DNA from: Amoebidium appalachense
Lineage: Eukaryota; Protista; Ichthyosporea
NCBI GenBank assembly: GCA_963693365.1
Contig: CAVNZM010000005.1
Coordinates: 8,846,334 to 8,910,333, forward strand
Reading direction: 5' to 3'
DNA: 64,000 nucleotides
Shown: one piece after another, positions 30,214-45,230 of the stretch
Numbering within the stretch: position 1 is the first letter of the stretch
How the letters are laid out: the number at the start of each line of letters is the position of its first letter
Notes under the pieces: model-generated
Database searches by the model: none
What the model saw: the letters and a program-made list of their open reading frames with translations, nothing else
Told to the model about the DNA's origin: nothing
Program-made: the position numbers and the translations under genes

Positions 30214-30999
30214 TCACAGCACGTGCACACATACACACCACTTCCGGTTGTTTATCTCACCAGCACACCTTGATTCGGTCAGTGAGGTCGACGCTACACA
30301 GGCCACAACGGTTTCAAAGTCTTGCCAAACAAAAATTCCTTTCTTTATTTCGAGTCCACCTATCTCCTATCTACACACACACACACACGCGCATATTCAT
30401 ATAAACATCTCTCTGTGCCTCGCGTATTCAGCGTAAACCCATAAATGTACAAGTTGTTTGTCCCCTATTTATTTACCTAAAAGTCTACTGAGGGGCCTGG
30501 AACCGGTGCTGAGGCTGTGCTTCAGATCTGGCTGTTATGACTCGGTTGCTACGGCTAATCAATGACATGATCAGCAACCAATCATCTGTTACGTTATCGA
30601 TCGATGGCTCACCAGAATACGTAAGTTACGTAACAGGTGAAAACGATCCAAAATCCCGGTCGAGCCCTGGGATCCGGATAGACGGAGAGCGGGGAGAGAG
30701 GGAAGACGAAAAGAGAGAGGGAGAGGGGTAGGGAAAGGGGAAAGAGAGGAGAGAGAGAGATAGAGGGGCAAGGGCAGGGCCGGGCCCGGGGCCGGGGGGG
30801 GGGGGGGGGGAGGGGGGGAGGGGGGAAGAAGAGGGGAAGTTCTCGAGCTGGGTGGGTGGGTGGGTGGGTGGGTGGGTGGGGGAGGGGGAGGGGGAGGGAG
30901 GGGATGGAGATCTAGAGGAAAAGCCTGAAAGAGAGGGGGGGGGGGGGGGGGGGAGGTTGGAGAGGGGGGTGAGGGGGGGAGGGGAGAAGGGGAAGCGAC

Positions 31000-31830
<831 letters not shown>

Positions 31831-31944
31831 AGAGCGCGGCAGGAGAAGGGGGGGGAGGGGCAGGCACAAATTCTCAGTCTGTTCATCAAGCAACAAGTTC
31901 ACAATTTTATAATTTAGGGCTGAACTTAAATTCATCCCCCCCCT

Positions 31945-31975
<31 letters not shown>

Positions 31976-32767
31976 CCCCTCTCCGGATTCCCCACCCAAC
32001 CACCCGACACACACACACACACACCATCACCACCACCAAAAGAAAAGACCCAAACAGACCTGCCGGCAAAGAGTCTAAAGTTCAATAAATGCTTTGAAAG
32101 AAGTCGATACAAAGACCCTGAGAAGCAGAAACCCTGACTATTCAAACACATCGACAACTCCGAAGAAACTCAATAGTAAAGTCAGTTGATGGTTACTGAG
32201 CCTTCTATTAACAAGATGTTATTGCCAATCTAACAAGACACGAGGCACCATGCTACTTGTATCTTTGTTGCATAAAAAGTATCCGCTGGGATCACTAAAT
32301 AGAGCAGAATCCAATTTGGCTTCATTGGGTCATCCAGTGCTTTAATATTACCCAAACACAAACCACCCTGCCTTTGCATGATTAGTTTTTTTGTTGCATG
32401 TAGGGTTACCTCTGGCACCACAAATACGAAATACCATTTATGGTTTTCTTGAGTCACACAATCCTCTATCCCAACGCTGATAAATTCCGCTGCCAAACAC
32501 ACAACTATAGGGCTTAAAAACCCCGGTAGCATCAAATGCAACATGCATACGTGCAGTTACATAATACTGCAAGGCCGTAAGATTTAAAAGTATTAAAAAG
32601 ATATTATTAATATTATCATTGTAGTACCATGAAAATACTATGAAATCAACATATAGCGTCTAATAAGACTACTAATCCAAACACATCTTAATGTCCTTCA
32701 TATCAAACACCAGCATTCACAACCCCGTGCCCCAATCAGAACCGAGGGAGAGTTTAACAATTGCATT

Positions 32768-33201
32768 CTATTGGCCGCTGGCTTGATTTTTGCTTTCAAG
32801 ATACTGCCGCAACTTCACCCTCAAAGGGTCGTCCGATTTGATTTTGCGAGCAAAAAGTTGTGGCACTACTATTAACGAATCGAAGTCGTTTATGCCAAGA
32901 GGACATGGGCTCGATACAGGGCGGGGGTTAACGTGTGTCTTGCACGGTGAACGCCAGTCCGTATACATGCACATATCTACTATGATCGATGTGTTGAATA
33001 TGGAATTCTTGGCTACGGGAATGAAAGAAGATTTCGTCGACGTATCTCCCGGGTTTAAGGAATTCATACCATTGGCGGGCTTCGTCTGACTTTAAAATAT
33101 ATTGAACGAGTTCTCGGCCAATCTGCAACCACGTGCTTCCTTTATACATGAGCCGGTGTTCGGGGGTTAGATCCATGGACGTGCAGTTAGCATCCGTGCA
33201 C
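32768..33201 (-). CDS. Glycosyltransferase family 14, C-terminal exon (one 1-bp frameshift near 33020)
   Basis: Acceptor TATAG|G (phase 2). CTDANC..MYKGSTWLQIGRELVQYIL..VDEIFFHS / VAKNSIFNTSI..MYTDW..SSPCPL..LFARKI..stop, matching GT14 motifs GSxW, DExFF, YxDW and FARK. The extra C in CATTCCCGTA may be a homopolymer error. Confidence 0.75.
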
Positions 33202-33514
33202 CTATACATACACGTTTTAGGGTGCGGAAAAAACTATAGGTCGACTCTAGTGCACATTTCCTAGTACAGTGCAATGATACAACTCAGGCGGTTCTCCCAC
33301 GACAGATTGCTAACGACTTCGACTCTCTTTGTCGAATGCTATTATGGCACCTGGTCACATTGGGCCGTCCTCATTTGGTCAAAGCGGGAGGCTTGGAGGG
33401 AGGGAGGGGGAAAGGGGGGGGGGGGGGGGGGGGAGGGGGGGAGGGAGAGGGATTGACGGCAAGTTGGAGTGGCTAGTGGCCTGTTGGTGGTGGTTGTGAT
33501 AGTAGGAGTTGCCG

Positions 33515-33604
<90 letters not shown>

Positions 33605-33655
33605 ACGTGCGCGCATGCCCTCTTTTGTGTGTGTGTGTGTGTGTTTATTGTTTTG

Positions 33656-33700
<45 letters not shown>

Positions 33701-33984
33701 ATTATGTTTAAGACGGTAGCCTCTGTGAGGTGAAACATGTACAGAACAAACAAAAAGAAAGTATTGCATAGACGGGATGTTTATTAGCCCCTGCATCACC
33801 GGGCTTTTGACCTGTCTACACCCCTGGTTGTTTTCGATTTCTCCTGCGCGATTGCAAATGCGCGCACCGCACACCTTCCCAGCATATGCACGCACGTGTT
33901 TTTGCATACATACACACGCCCGCCCGCCCGCCCACCCGCCCGCACGCCCGCCCGCCCGCACGCACGCATGCACGCACGCATGCT

Positions 33985-34016
<32 letters not shown>

Positions 34017-34053
34017 CACACGCACACAAACACACACTGCACACACACACACG

Positions 34054-34100
<47 letters not shown>

Positions 34101-34175
34101 CACACACCCACCCACACTCACACACAGAGAGCGACAGTGTTACACGCAAACACACACACGCGCGGGCACACACAC

Positions 34176-34247
<72 letters not shown>

Positions 34248-34389
34248 TCACGCACACACCCACAGTCACACGCACACAGAGACAGTGTTGCACGCAAACA
34301 CACACACACACACACACACACAACACACGCACGCACACACAGAGGCACACAAACACATGCGCGCGCGCACGCACGCGCGCGCGCGCGCG

Positions 34390-34455
<66 letters not shown>

Positions 34456-34478
34456 CACATGCCGTGAAAAATTAAAAT

Positions 34479-34533
<55 letters not shown>

Positions 34534-34836
34534 GAGAGAGAGAGAGAAAGAGAGAGAAAATCACGAACAGGTACCCACCACACACCACTGTACTTGGTTC
34601 CCATGGTGGTTTGGCCCACACTTCACCTTACGTAAGGAACACTCGTCACAAACTCAGACTAACAACAACGACCTCATAAACCATGTCTATGACCTCGAAG
34701 AGGGTATCAAAGTGTTCAAGTAACTTCTCCAAAAAACCCATACATATAAGCAAATCCATCCCCACACGTAGATGCGCGACATACTCACGCAGTATTGCAC
34801 TGACTACTTTTGACTTTGCACAGAGCCCCCCTCTCC

Positions 34837-34872
<36 letters not shown>

Positions 34873-35133
34873 TCCTCTTCCTCCCCCTCTTCCCCATGTA
34901 TCCTTCTTGTCTTCCTCATTTCCGCTCCCCTCCCCCCCAATCCGCCCCTCGAGTAACTTTGCATTGTACTCCCTCCCCCCTCCCCTCCCCCCCCCCCCCC
35001 CGCCCACCCACCCACCCACCCACCCTATTCCACCTCTTCCCTTCCTCAAAAGGTATCACTGGCCAACAAAGTATCAAAATCACCCCTTTCTCCCCCTCCA
35101 TGTTGCACATAAGTTCCAACCCCCCCCCCCCCC

Positions 35134-35167
<34 letters not shown>

Positions 35168-35841
35168 TCGTAGCCCCCCTCCCCCCCCCCCCCCCCCCCC
35201 CCCCTCTCCCCTTCCCCCCCCCCTCCCCCTCCCCCTGGCCCCCCGGTCCCCGTCCCTCCACACAGTCACACACTTTTGGCGTGAGACTCTTGGGCTCGAG
35301 TGTTCACAACTGAGCTGTGGCCAAGAGATGTGGGCTGAATGACCTTCGTGTGCCTATGATATGACATATTATGATCTGATGCAACAATCAATCTTTCAAC
35401 CAGCAAGATTTGTATGTGCTCGGTTGGATAGTTGGATATAATATACGCTCGCTTAGATATCTACCTGCGTATTTTGAAGCTTGCAGTCCCCCTAGCCCAC
35501 CGTGACCTCATCCTGCCGTGGGCATATTTCTTTCAACCAACCAGTGGTATGTACTCGGTGCTGGGAAATTTATGAACAAGGTAATATAGGTTCTTTCCCG
35601 TACACCATCAGAAAAATGTTAAAGTCAGAGAGTATTGGGGGAGCCCGGAAATCAAATTTGACTTTCGTGAAAACAATTTCAAGAGATGGATGATCGTTTA
35701 TTCCTGTCCAACCGTCCCCCCTCACCCCCCCCTCCCCCCGACCACAGCAATACACGCAGACACACAACCACACACATCTACACACACGCGCGCGCGTGCG
35801 CGCGTGCAAGCACACACGCATGCACACGCACACGTACACAC

Positions 35842-35884
<43 letters not shown>

Positions 35885-36194
35885 TACACGCGCGTAGACG
35901 CAAATGCACAAGCACACACACACACACACACACTCACACACACACACACAGACACAAACCAACACAAGTACTTGCACACACATACTTTCACGCACATGCA
36001 AAAACACATATTCACACACATGCACACACACACAAACACACAAGGTGACAAAGAGACATAGCACTCTCTCAGGTCCACAGACAGTTTTCTATAATAATTT
36101 ATTCCCTTTCAGATATGTAAAACTGCCAGCCCCCCCTCCCCCTTCCCCCCCCCCTCCCCCCCCCCTCCGGCCCTTCACCCCTGGCCTGTCCCCC

Positions 36195-36239
<45 letters not shown>

Positions 36240-36427
36240 ACCACCACCACCACCCCCACCACCACCACACACACACACACCACCCTACGTTGCACCCAAC
36301 AACCTCCCAATATGCCCTCCACCCCCCCCCCCCCCCCCCCCCCCTCCCCCATAAAACAAAACTGATAATACATGCACCGTGCATCCACCACCACCTCCTC
36401 ACCGAACCAACGAGCCCCTCCCCTCCT

Positions 36428-36477
<50 letters not shown>

Positions 36478-36648
36478 AAAAAAAACATCACCATCATGGA
36501 AGGATCGTCATATCCGACCTTAATAGATGCTCTCTGGCCCTGCAATTTACTGAAGTAAAACCCCAGCACAGTAGAAAAGATTTGGACCCCCATTAGAGAG
36601 CTCAAAAAACAGTATAAAGGTAGAATACTTACAGCCTGAGGGGTTTGG

Positions 36649-36724
<76 letters not shown>

Positions 36725-36729
36725 CTGTC

Positions 36730-36802
<73 letters not shown>

Positions 36803-36943
36803 ACGCGTGCGTGTGTGTGTGTGGGGGGGGGCACGTGTGTGTGTTAGTCCATACGTGTGGTTCACGTGTGTGTGTGTGTGCACGCGTGCATGCACACAGG
36901 TGTTTTGTATTCTACCTGCAAAGGGGATTGGGAAGGAGTGTGT

Positions 36944-36974
<31 letters not shown>

Positions 36975-37877
36975 GGAAGGGGGAGAGGGGGGGGGGGGGG
37001 GGGGGGGAGGTGAAAAGGAAGGGAGCAAGGTTGGGAGGGGGGGGGGGGAGGGGGGGGGAGAAGGGTGGGGGGGGGGGGGGGGAGGGGGGGGGGGGCTGTG
37101 GGCTTCTGCAACATACAGTCCAACAAGGGCTCCATAATGCGAGAGTCGTGAAAAGGTTTGTTAGAAATGAGCTTTATCTATTTTTCATGTTTAAGTAGCT
37201 AGCGCTATTGGTCGATGCATAGCACCATGGCCATGTAATAACTGTGATAGATTTAATCAATAATGTATGCTTCATAACCGTACGTGTTTAGATGTACTAC
37301 ATTATGTAGCGAGCCCTTTAATTCGCGTCATCAAAAGGCATTCGTTTCTGCATTCCCCGCGGGGGGGGGGGGGGGGGAGGCGGGGGGGGGGGGGGGGGGG
37401 GGGGAAGCTTCCACCCTCCTACATGCCTCTATATACCACAAGTGGGTTGCGAGGCAAAGGCGCGTGCGTGTGTGTATGTGTGTCTGTTTGGGTGGGGGGA
37501 GGGGAGGGGAAGGGGGAGGGGGGGGGGGGGGGGGGGGGAGGGGAAAGGATGCGTGAGGATATCAAAACCGCCATAAATGTGTGGGTATCACACACTGCAA
37601 GCAAGGGAGATCAAAATGTGCTAAACAGTGAAAATACAAAGAGTCACGATCCTAACCGGCAACACACATTGTGCATATGGCCAGGGGCACATGAAACCAC
37701 TCTAGCTCAACGTTGATTGGGGAACGGTTGTGGGTGTGTGTGCGGAGGGAGGTTGGGCGATTTGGGGGTGGGGGAATTGGGGGGGACGGGAAGGAGGTGT
37801 GTCGGGTTAGGGTGGGGGTGAGAGGGGGGGGGACTTGAAGGGGGGGGGGGGGGGGGGTGGGCTGGGTGGGACGAGAA

Positions 37878-39226
<1,349 letters not shown>

Positions 39227-39332
39227 CTGCGCGGGATATACTACGTTGAGACATGCTTTTTGTTGGAATTTCGATTTCAGATTCCGGAATACTGCATAAG
39301 GAAACATGGCGTGCATTAAAGTGATGATTGAT

Positions 39333-39474
<142 letters not shown>

Positions 39475-39541
39475 GTGTGTCACGTTTGTGTTTGGGTCTG
39501 AACCCTGCGTTTGTGTGTACATGTAGGTGGGTGGGTGCTCG

Positions 39542-39600
<59 letters not shown>

Positions 39601-39878
39601 TGCGAGTTTCATATCCTAGATGCGAAGGGGAAATGGGTGAAAGGGTGGAGGAGAGAAAAGGGAGGGAGAGGGTTGGAAAGTGGGGAAGGGGGGGGGGGGA
39701 GGGGGGGTCGTAGGCGTAATGGGGAGGAAGGGGTTAGAGACAGAGAGAGAGGGGGAGGGGGAGGGGGGGGGGGGGGGGGGGGGGGGGGAGAGAGAGAGAG
39801 AGAGAGAGAAGAGAGAGAGAGGGACGGGGGGGAAGGGGGGGGGGGGGCGGGGGGGGGGGGGGGGGGGGGGGGGAGGGG

Positions 39879-39913
<35 letters not shown>

Positions 39914-40051
39914 GAGAAATCATGGCATATCAGTTCTCGTAGACTTGGCAGGCTCACGGCCGTTTTGTCGTGTGTCTTTGGTGGGTGGGTGGGTCTGAGT
40001 ATGGCATAGTCAGAGCGGTTGGGCAGATGGCCTGGTTGCCGGTTTGGATAT

Positions 40052-40057
40052 CACACA

Positions 40058-40108
<51 letters not shown>

Positions 40109-40140
40109 CCAGCTGATACCGAGTGTCCCGAGGGGAGCCC

Positions 40141-40201
<61 letters not shown>

Positions 40202-40398
40202 GGGGAACCCCAACTAATTGATTTCTCCTTGTAGTCTTTATGGTGTCTCGTAGAGAAAGTAAACCCTGATATATAGTCACCACCCGACATCTATGTACGT
40301 GATCATGATATACCGCTGAGGGGATATTCCGAGCAAAACCCCCCCCCCCCCATACCTGAGACTGGTTCTCTTTGCCTCGAGTAAACAGCGTAAACCCC
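40052..40398 (+). mobile_element. Short 5'-truncated retroelement copy with 10 bp TSD
   Basis: (CA)n-CAACCAGCTGATACCGAGTGTCCCGAGGGGAGCCCCTTT-poly(A)-198 bp module ending GTAAACAGCGTAAACCCC. Flanked by direct repeat GTTTGGATAT at 40042-40051 and 40399-40408. Confidence 0.9.
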
Positions 40399-40503
40399 GT
40401 TTGGATATGTCCGTAGAAAAATCTTTAAAAATATATTTAAGCATCCGGTTTCATTGGCGAAAAGATGTCCCGTCTACTGCACTACTGCCTTAACGACTAA
40501 CGG

Positions 40504-40719
40504 TTCAAACCCTACTACGTACCCCGTCAGACCAGCAAATTTTAGCCGTTGCCGGCTAAGATAGCTGTGGTATATGACGTCGCACCACTTTGTTACCAAA
40601 TGGTATATGACGTCGCACCAATTTGTTACCAAATATGATGCGACGACATATACCATAGCAATCTAAGCCGGCGACGGCTAAATTTTGCTAGTCTGACGGG
40701 GTACATAGTAGGGTTTGAA
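40504..40719. mobile_element. Fold-back MITE with ~80 bp imperfect TIRs
   Basis: TTCAAACCCTACTACGTACCCCGTCAGACCAGC... vs ...GCTAGTCTGACGGGGTACATAGTAGGGTTTGAA. Interior has a 33 bp tandem duplication (TGGTATATGACGTCGCACCA.TTTGTTACCAAA). Confidence 0.8.
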
Positions 40720-40807
40720 TGTTTTCTCCTTAAAGTGCGTAGAAATGAGAGCCAATATCGGTTAGTATGCACAACAGGATATCCTTTCAAGGCAGGGAAA
40801 TGTTTAA

Positions 40808-41003
40808 GGGGTTTACGCTGTTTACTCGAGGCAAAGAGAACCAGTCTCAGGTATGGGGGGGGGGGGTTTTGCTCGGAATATCCCCTCAGCGGTATATCAT
40901 GATCACGTACATAGATGTCGGGTGGTGACTATATATCAGGGTTTACTTTCTCTACGAGACACCATAAAGACTACAAGGAGAAATCAATTAGTTGGGGTTC
41001 CCC

Positions 41004-41064
<61 letters not shown>

Positions 41065-41096
41065 GGGCTCCCCTCGGGACACTCGGTATCAGCTGG

Positions 41097-41165
<69 letters not shown>

Positions 41166-42390
41166 TGCGCTATAATTTTGTAGTGATGTGTTTCTCAAGC
41201 CAATCAATACATCTAATAAACAGGTCGTAGTTACGCGTGTTTAGTATAAAATCAAGGATGTTGTAATTTACAGGTAGGCTATCTTTCTGGGTGTCTGTTG
41301 TGAATGTGACGTGTGTGTGTTGCGGTATTATGTGGTCTATCAAACTACATTTGGCGATACATGACCGGTTAAACTGGTGTGTGTGTGTGTTGTTTGGGCA
41401 TGCAAATGATGCCACCTTATACTTATTAGATCTCCACTGTATAGCACGTGTACAGTAAAAGCGTGGTAATTGATCAATAATACCATCAGCTAGAGAAAGA
41501 CCAGTTCTACAGGAAGGTAATATGTATTTAGGTGTTATACACTTGCGAGTGCCATATTTGGCAATATGGTTGAGGCGGTCAGTATATATAAAACGAGACA
41601 TAAGGCTTAGTTTTTCAAGGTGTATGCTTTCATCGGGTCTAGTGTCGTTTGGTATCTTTTTCCATTTGTTATATTGCGTGATTATCTTGTGATTGTGTAC
41701 ATGTTTAATAAGTAAGTGGCAGTCCAAAGTCACACACACACTATTGCGGGGTTTATTTGTATTTGTGCCCAGGGGAGAAGGGGAGAGAGAGGGGAGGAAA
41801 GAGGGGAGAGGTGAGGAGGGGACAGGTCGGATAGAGAAGAGAGGGTGGGAGGGCAAATACTTCTTTAAGCGGCTTATGTGCTTATTGAATTTCAGCGCGA
41901 GATAGGATACTCTAGCAGCTATTGGGACCAGACCATATATCGAGAGCGTTACAGGCCCAGGTTTACAACAGTTGTTAGATAGAAAGGAGGCAACTTCTGC
42001 TTCAAGGAAATTTGCCAAGGGTTTAAGCGCTCTAGTTCTCTCTTTCTTGATCCAAGCGGCGAGAAGGGGCAAACCATATTCACATGCCGGGAAGACAAAA
42101 GTGCGAATAAATGTAAGTCTAATAGAAGGATGGAGGGGTGTGTCTTTAAAAATATTAGCCGAGAAGAAAGCTAACCGCTTACGAGCCAACTCTACCCTCT
42201 TTTCGACCATATGGGGAAACATAACACCAACAGAATCAACCGGAACACCAAGATATTTGTATTCTGGAACTATAGGTACAGGTTTAGATGATAATGTAAA
42301 TGTGTGTAAATTGTTAGCTATATCAGGTACAAGAACACCACATTTGTCTATGTTAAGGATCATAAGGTTTGCCTTGCACCACACTTATCT
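40808..42390 (-). mobile_element. 5'-truncated non-LTR retrotransposon: RT thumb/C-terminal ORF plus 3' UTR with internal poly(A) and tail module
   Basis: Open 404 aa ORF 42384-41170 starting in the RT end motifs WCKANLMILNIDKC..YKYLGV, with a C-terminal Cys/His cluster CPNNTHTHQFNRSCIAKC. Followed by (CA)n, poly(A) 41060-41005 and module 41004-40808. Confidence 0.85.
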
Positions 42391-42580
42391 AACCACATGT
42401 GTCCGTATGCGGGTGTCTGCGCGTGCGCAAGGTGCATGGGTATCTGACAGCTGTGCACGTGGTATGTGTGAGCATCTGTAGGTGTATCACATCATCGCCT
42501 GTGTGGGCACTTAAACACATGTATTTTGCCTGCACACACTGACATGGCACACGGAAGCCGCGCACGTGCATGAGTGCGCG

Positions 42581-42726
<146 letters not shown>

Positions 42727-42945
42727 TGTGTGCGGGGTGTGTGCTTGCAAGGAGGTTGACATGTGTACACTGTACATACACCTTAAAGCACTTCATGTGT
42801 ACATGTATGCATGCCATCCATACATGCGCATGCAGTCGCGTGCCATCACCGTTTGTGCCTGTGTGTGCCGGCGCTGTTGCGGATAATTACTATAGAAGAA
42901 GGCTGATACGAATCACCGACGGGGAGAGGGGGAGAGGGGAAGGAA

Positions 42946-42980
<35 letters not shown>

Positions 42981-43315
42981 AGCAAAGGCTCAGAGATGAT
43001 TCGAGACTCAGGCAATTAAAAAATGAATGAGGTTTTTTCGAAAAGAGTTTTATTTCAAAATAACTATTGGTCGATGCACCGCACCATGTCATTGACCATG
43101 CTTATCTTAGTAAAAAATTTCGATAGAATAACGTAAGTTAAAAAAGGCTTCTCTAACCATACGTTTCCGGAACGGAAAATATCCCATTATGTAGTGAGTT
43201 AGTATTCGCGTCATAGAAGACATTCGCGAGTTTTTTCTTGATGGAGCCTCCCACCATTGTAACTGGCTACATCATAAGGAAATTAGAATGATACAAAACA
43301 GAAATTCTATTCCCT

Positions 43316-45230
43316 TTAGGGATCGATCTTCTTCTCGCTCAATTCCACGGGCACAGCCGAGTCCACAGCGTCAGCTGCGGCGTTGATTCTCTTAAGTGTG
43401 GGCCACGAGGCCCGTGAAGGGGATGGAGACCTCAAACAGCACCCAGCAGGTGACCATCTGCACCAGCCACGAGTGCGTGTGGTTGGCCAGGCTGTTGTCG
43501 ATGCTCCACGCCACCGCCGCCCCGGCCGACTGCACGACCTTGTAGTACTAGTAGCCGGCACACCGCGCAGGCTCGTCGCAGTCGTCCGTGATGGCGCCCA
43601 TGACCCAGTTGGCGTAGGTCTGCAGCATGGCGTCGGCCATGCCGTATATCAGGAACACGAGCCTCAGGATGGGGAACAGGTAGTCCGCACCGTCCGTGAC
43701 GTCAATGCGGGGCCGGCACGTGTTTGTGTTGGGGTTGTAGACCATGCCGGCACAGGCGGGGTCGGTGGACAGGTTCTTGTCGTAGCCGCCCTGGTAGCCA
43801 ATCTGCAGGTACAGGCCCAGGCAATAGGTGACGGTGAAGAAGATGCCAAGGATGGCCAGCCCGTACAGGCCGCGCAGGCGCTTGCTCATGCTGGGCCGGT
43901 CCAGGAACACCTGCCCAAACGGCAGGTAGGCCCCAAGCATCTGCGAGCCCCAGTACAGCGCGCTGTTGAGTCCGCGGGCACGCATACTGAACAGACCGCC
44001 ATTGACAGCGTTGAACTGGTAGGTGTAGAACCAGTTGGAGGCAATGAACAGGGGCGTGAGCAGCAGCATGTTGACGTTGGTGAACATCATGGCCACGTTC
44101 TTGAACTCCTCCACCGGGCTCGTGGCCTTTGCAAACGACACGGGCATGCCGTCCTCGCGCACAACACTCTTGGGGTTGGCAAGAAGAACAAAGGCCGCAA
44201 TGGAGCCACAGCCCATGAGGGCGGCAAAGGCGAAGTAGGAGGCCTGGTTGGCCTTGCCGACCTCGTTGTCGTAGTTGAGGGCAAATGAGAGGATGCCGCC
44301 CAGCCACCGAGGTTGATGATGATCCGGGAAGATGGAGATGTACGTGCCCTTCTTCTCTGGCGTGGCATAGGCCATCATCATGGCGCCCTGGGCGGTCCAG
44401 AACAGGTCGGCACCGATGCCCAGCACGGCGCCCGAGGGGATGGCCAGCCAGCCGAGGTCGGGCCAGGTACTTGGCCACGGCATAGAAGCAGTAGGTGGCG
44501 CCGCCCACGCCCATGAGGATGCGGTTGCCAAAGATGTTGAAGAACCGACCGCCAAAGTAGCCGAAGATGGCAAAGGTGGCGTACAGGGCGGCCGTGTTGG
44601 CATTGTTTGCCACCGTGGGGTCATCGAACCGCGTTGAAGATGCCCGGGCAGCAGAAGGCAATAATGGGTACGTTCGCACTAGGATCGTCGAAACAACGAA
44701 TTCCCATTTATGGAATATTCGGTGAGCCATCGACGATCGTCGTTTCGACGAACTGTGTTTGCACTGAAACGATGAAACGACGAAAAACCCATATATGGCT
44801 AATGATTGCGACGCTCGATCGTCGGTCATTAGAGCAAACCAGTTCGCAAACCAGAGGTCGGATTGAAAACGACGATTAGTCCAAAAAGCGTGACTCCCCG
44901 CCTATGCAGCAGATTACAGAATAATACGGCACCAGCAGAGCAACATAAGCATCCGTAAACTGCATAAAACGCTTATAAAGCACCACAAGTGATAAATAGA
45001 AGTAAGAGGTATAAATATTTTCTATATATAAAAGGTATAAGTATTATATATATGTGTGTATATGTAAATAGTCCTAACCGGCGACCGGCGACCCAGTGCG
45101 AATACGCGGTTGGTTTTCGGACGCCGATCATCAGATCGATAGCCCGACGATCGTATCGTCGTTTCGACGATCGTACCCAATGAACGACACAATCATCTGT
45201 GACCGTCCGCCGACGTGTACATACTTGTCA
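43316..45230 (-). pseudogene. Inverted pseudogene copy of the UNC-93/NGT1-like MFS transporter
   Basis: High nucleotide identity to 46730-48148 with multiple frameshifts, small insertions and deletions. The 5' part (45179-45230) is separated by a MITE. Confidence 0.92.
44666..45178. mobile_element. MITE with GGGTACG termini and 3 bp AAT TSD (PIF/Harbinger-like)
   Basis: GGGTACG..ATCGTCGAAACAACGA vs TCGTCGTTTCGACGATCGTACCC. AAT on both sides. Interrupts the pseudogene between GCAGAAGGCAAT and GAACGACACAATC. Confidence 0.8.

Noticed and set aside
40201-40398. Tail module as an snRNA/tRNA/SL-RNA target site
   Set aside because: No recognisable U-snRNA or tRNA motif, and the TSD lies outside the module, so it moves with the element.
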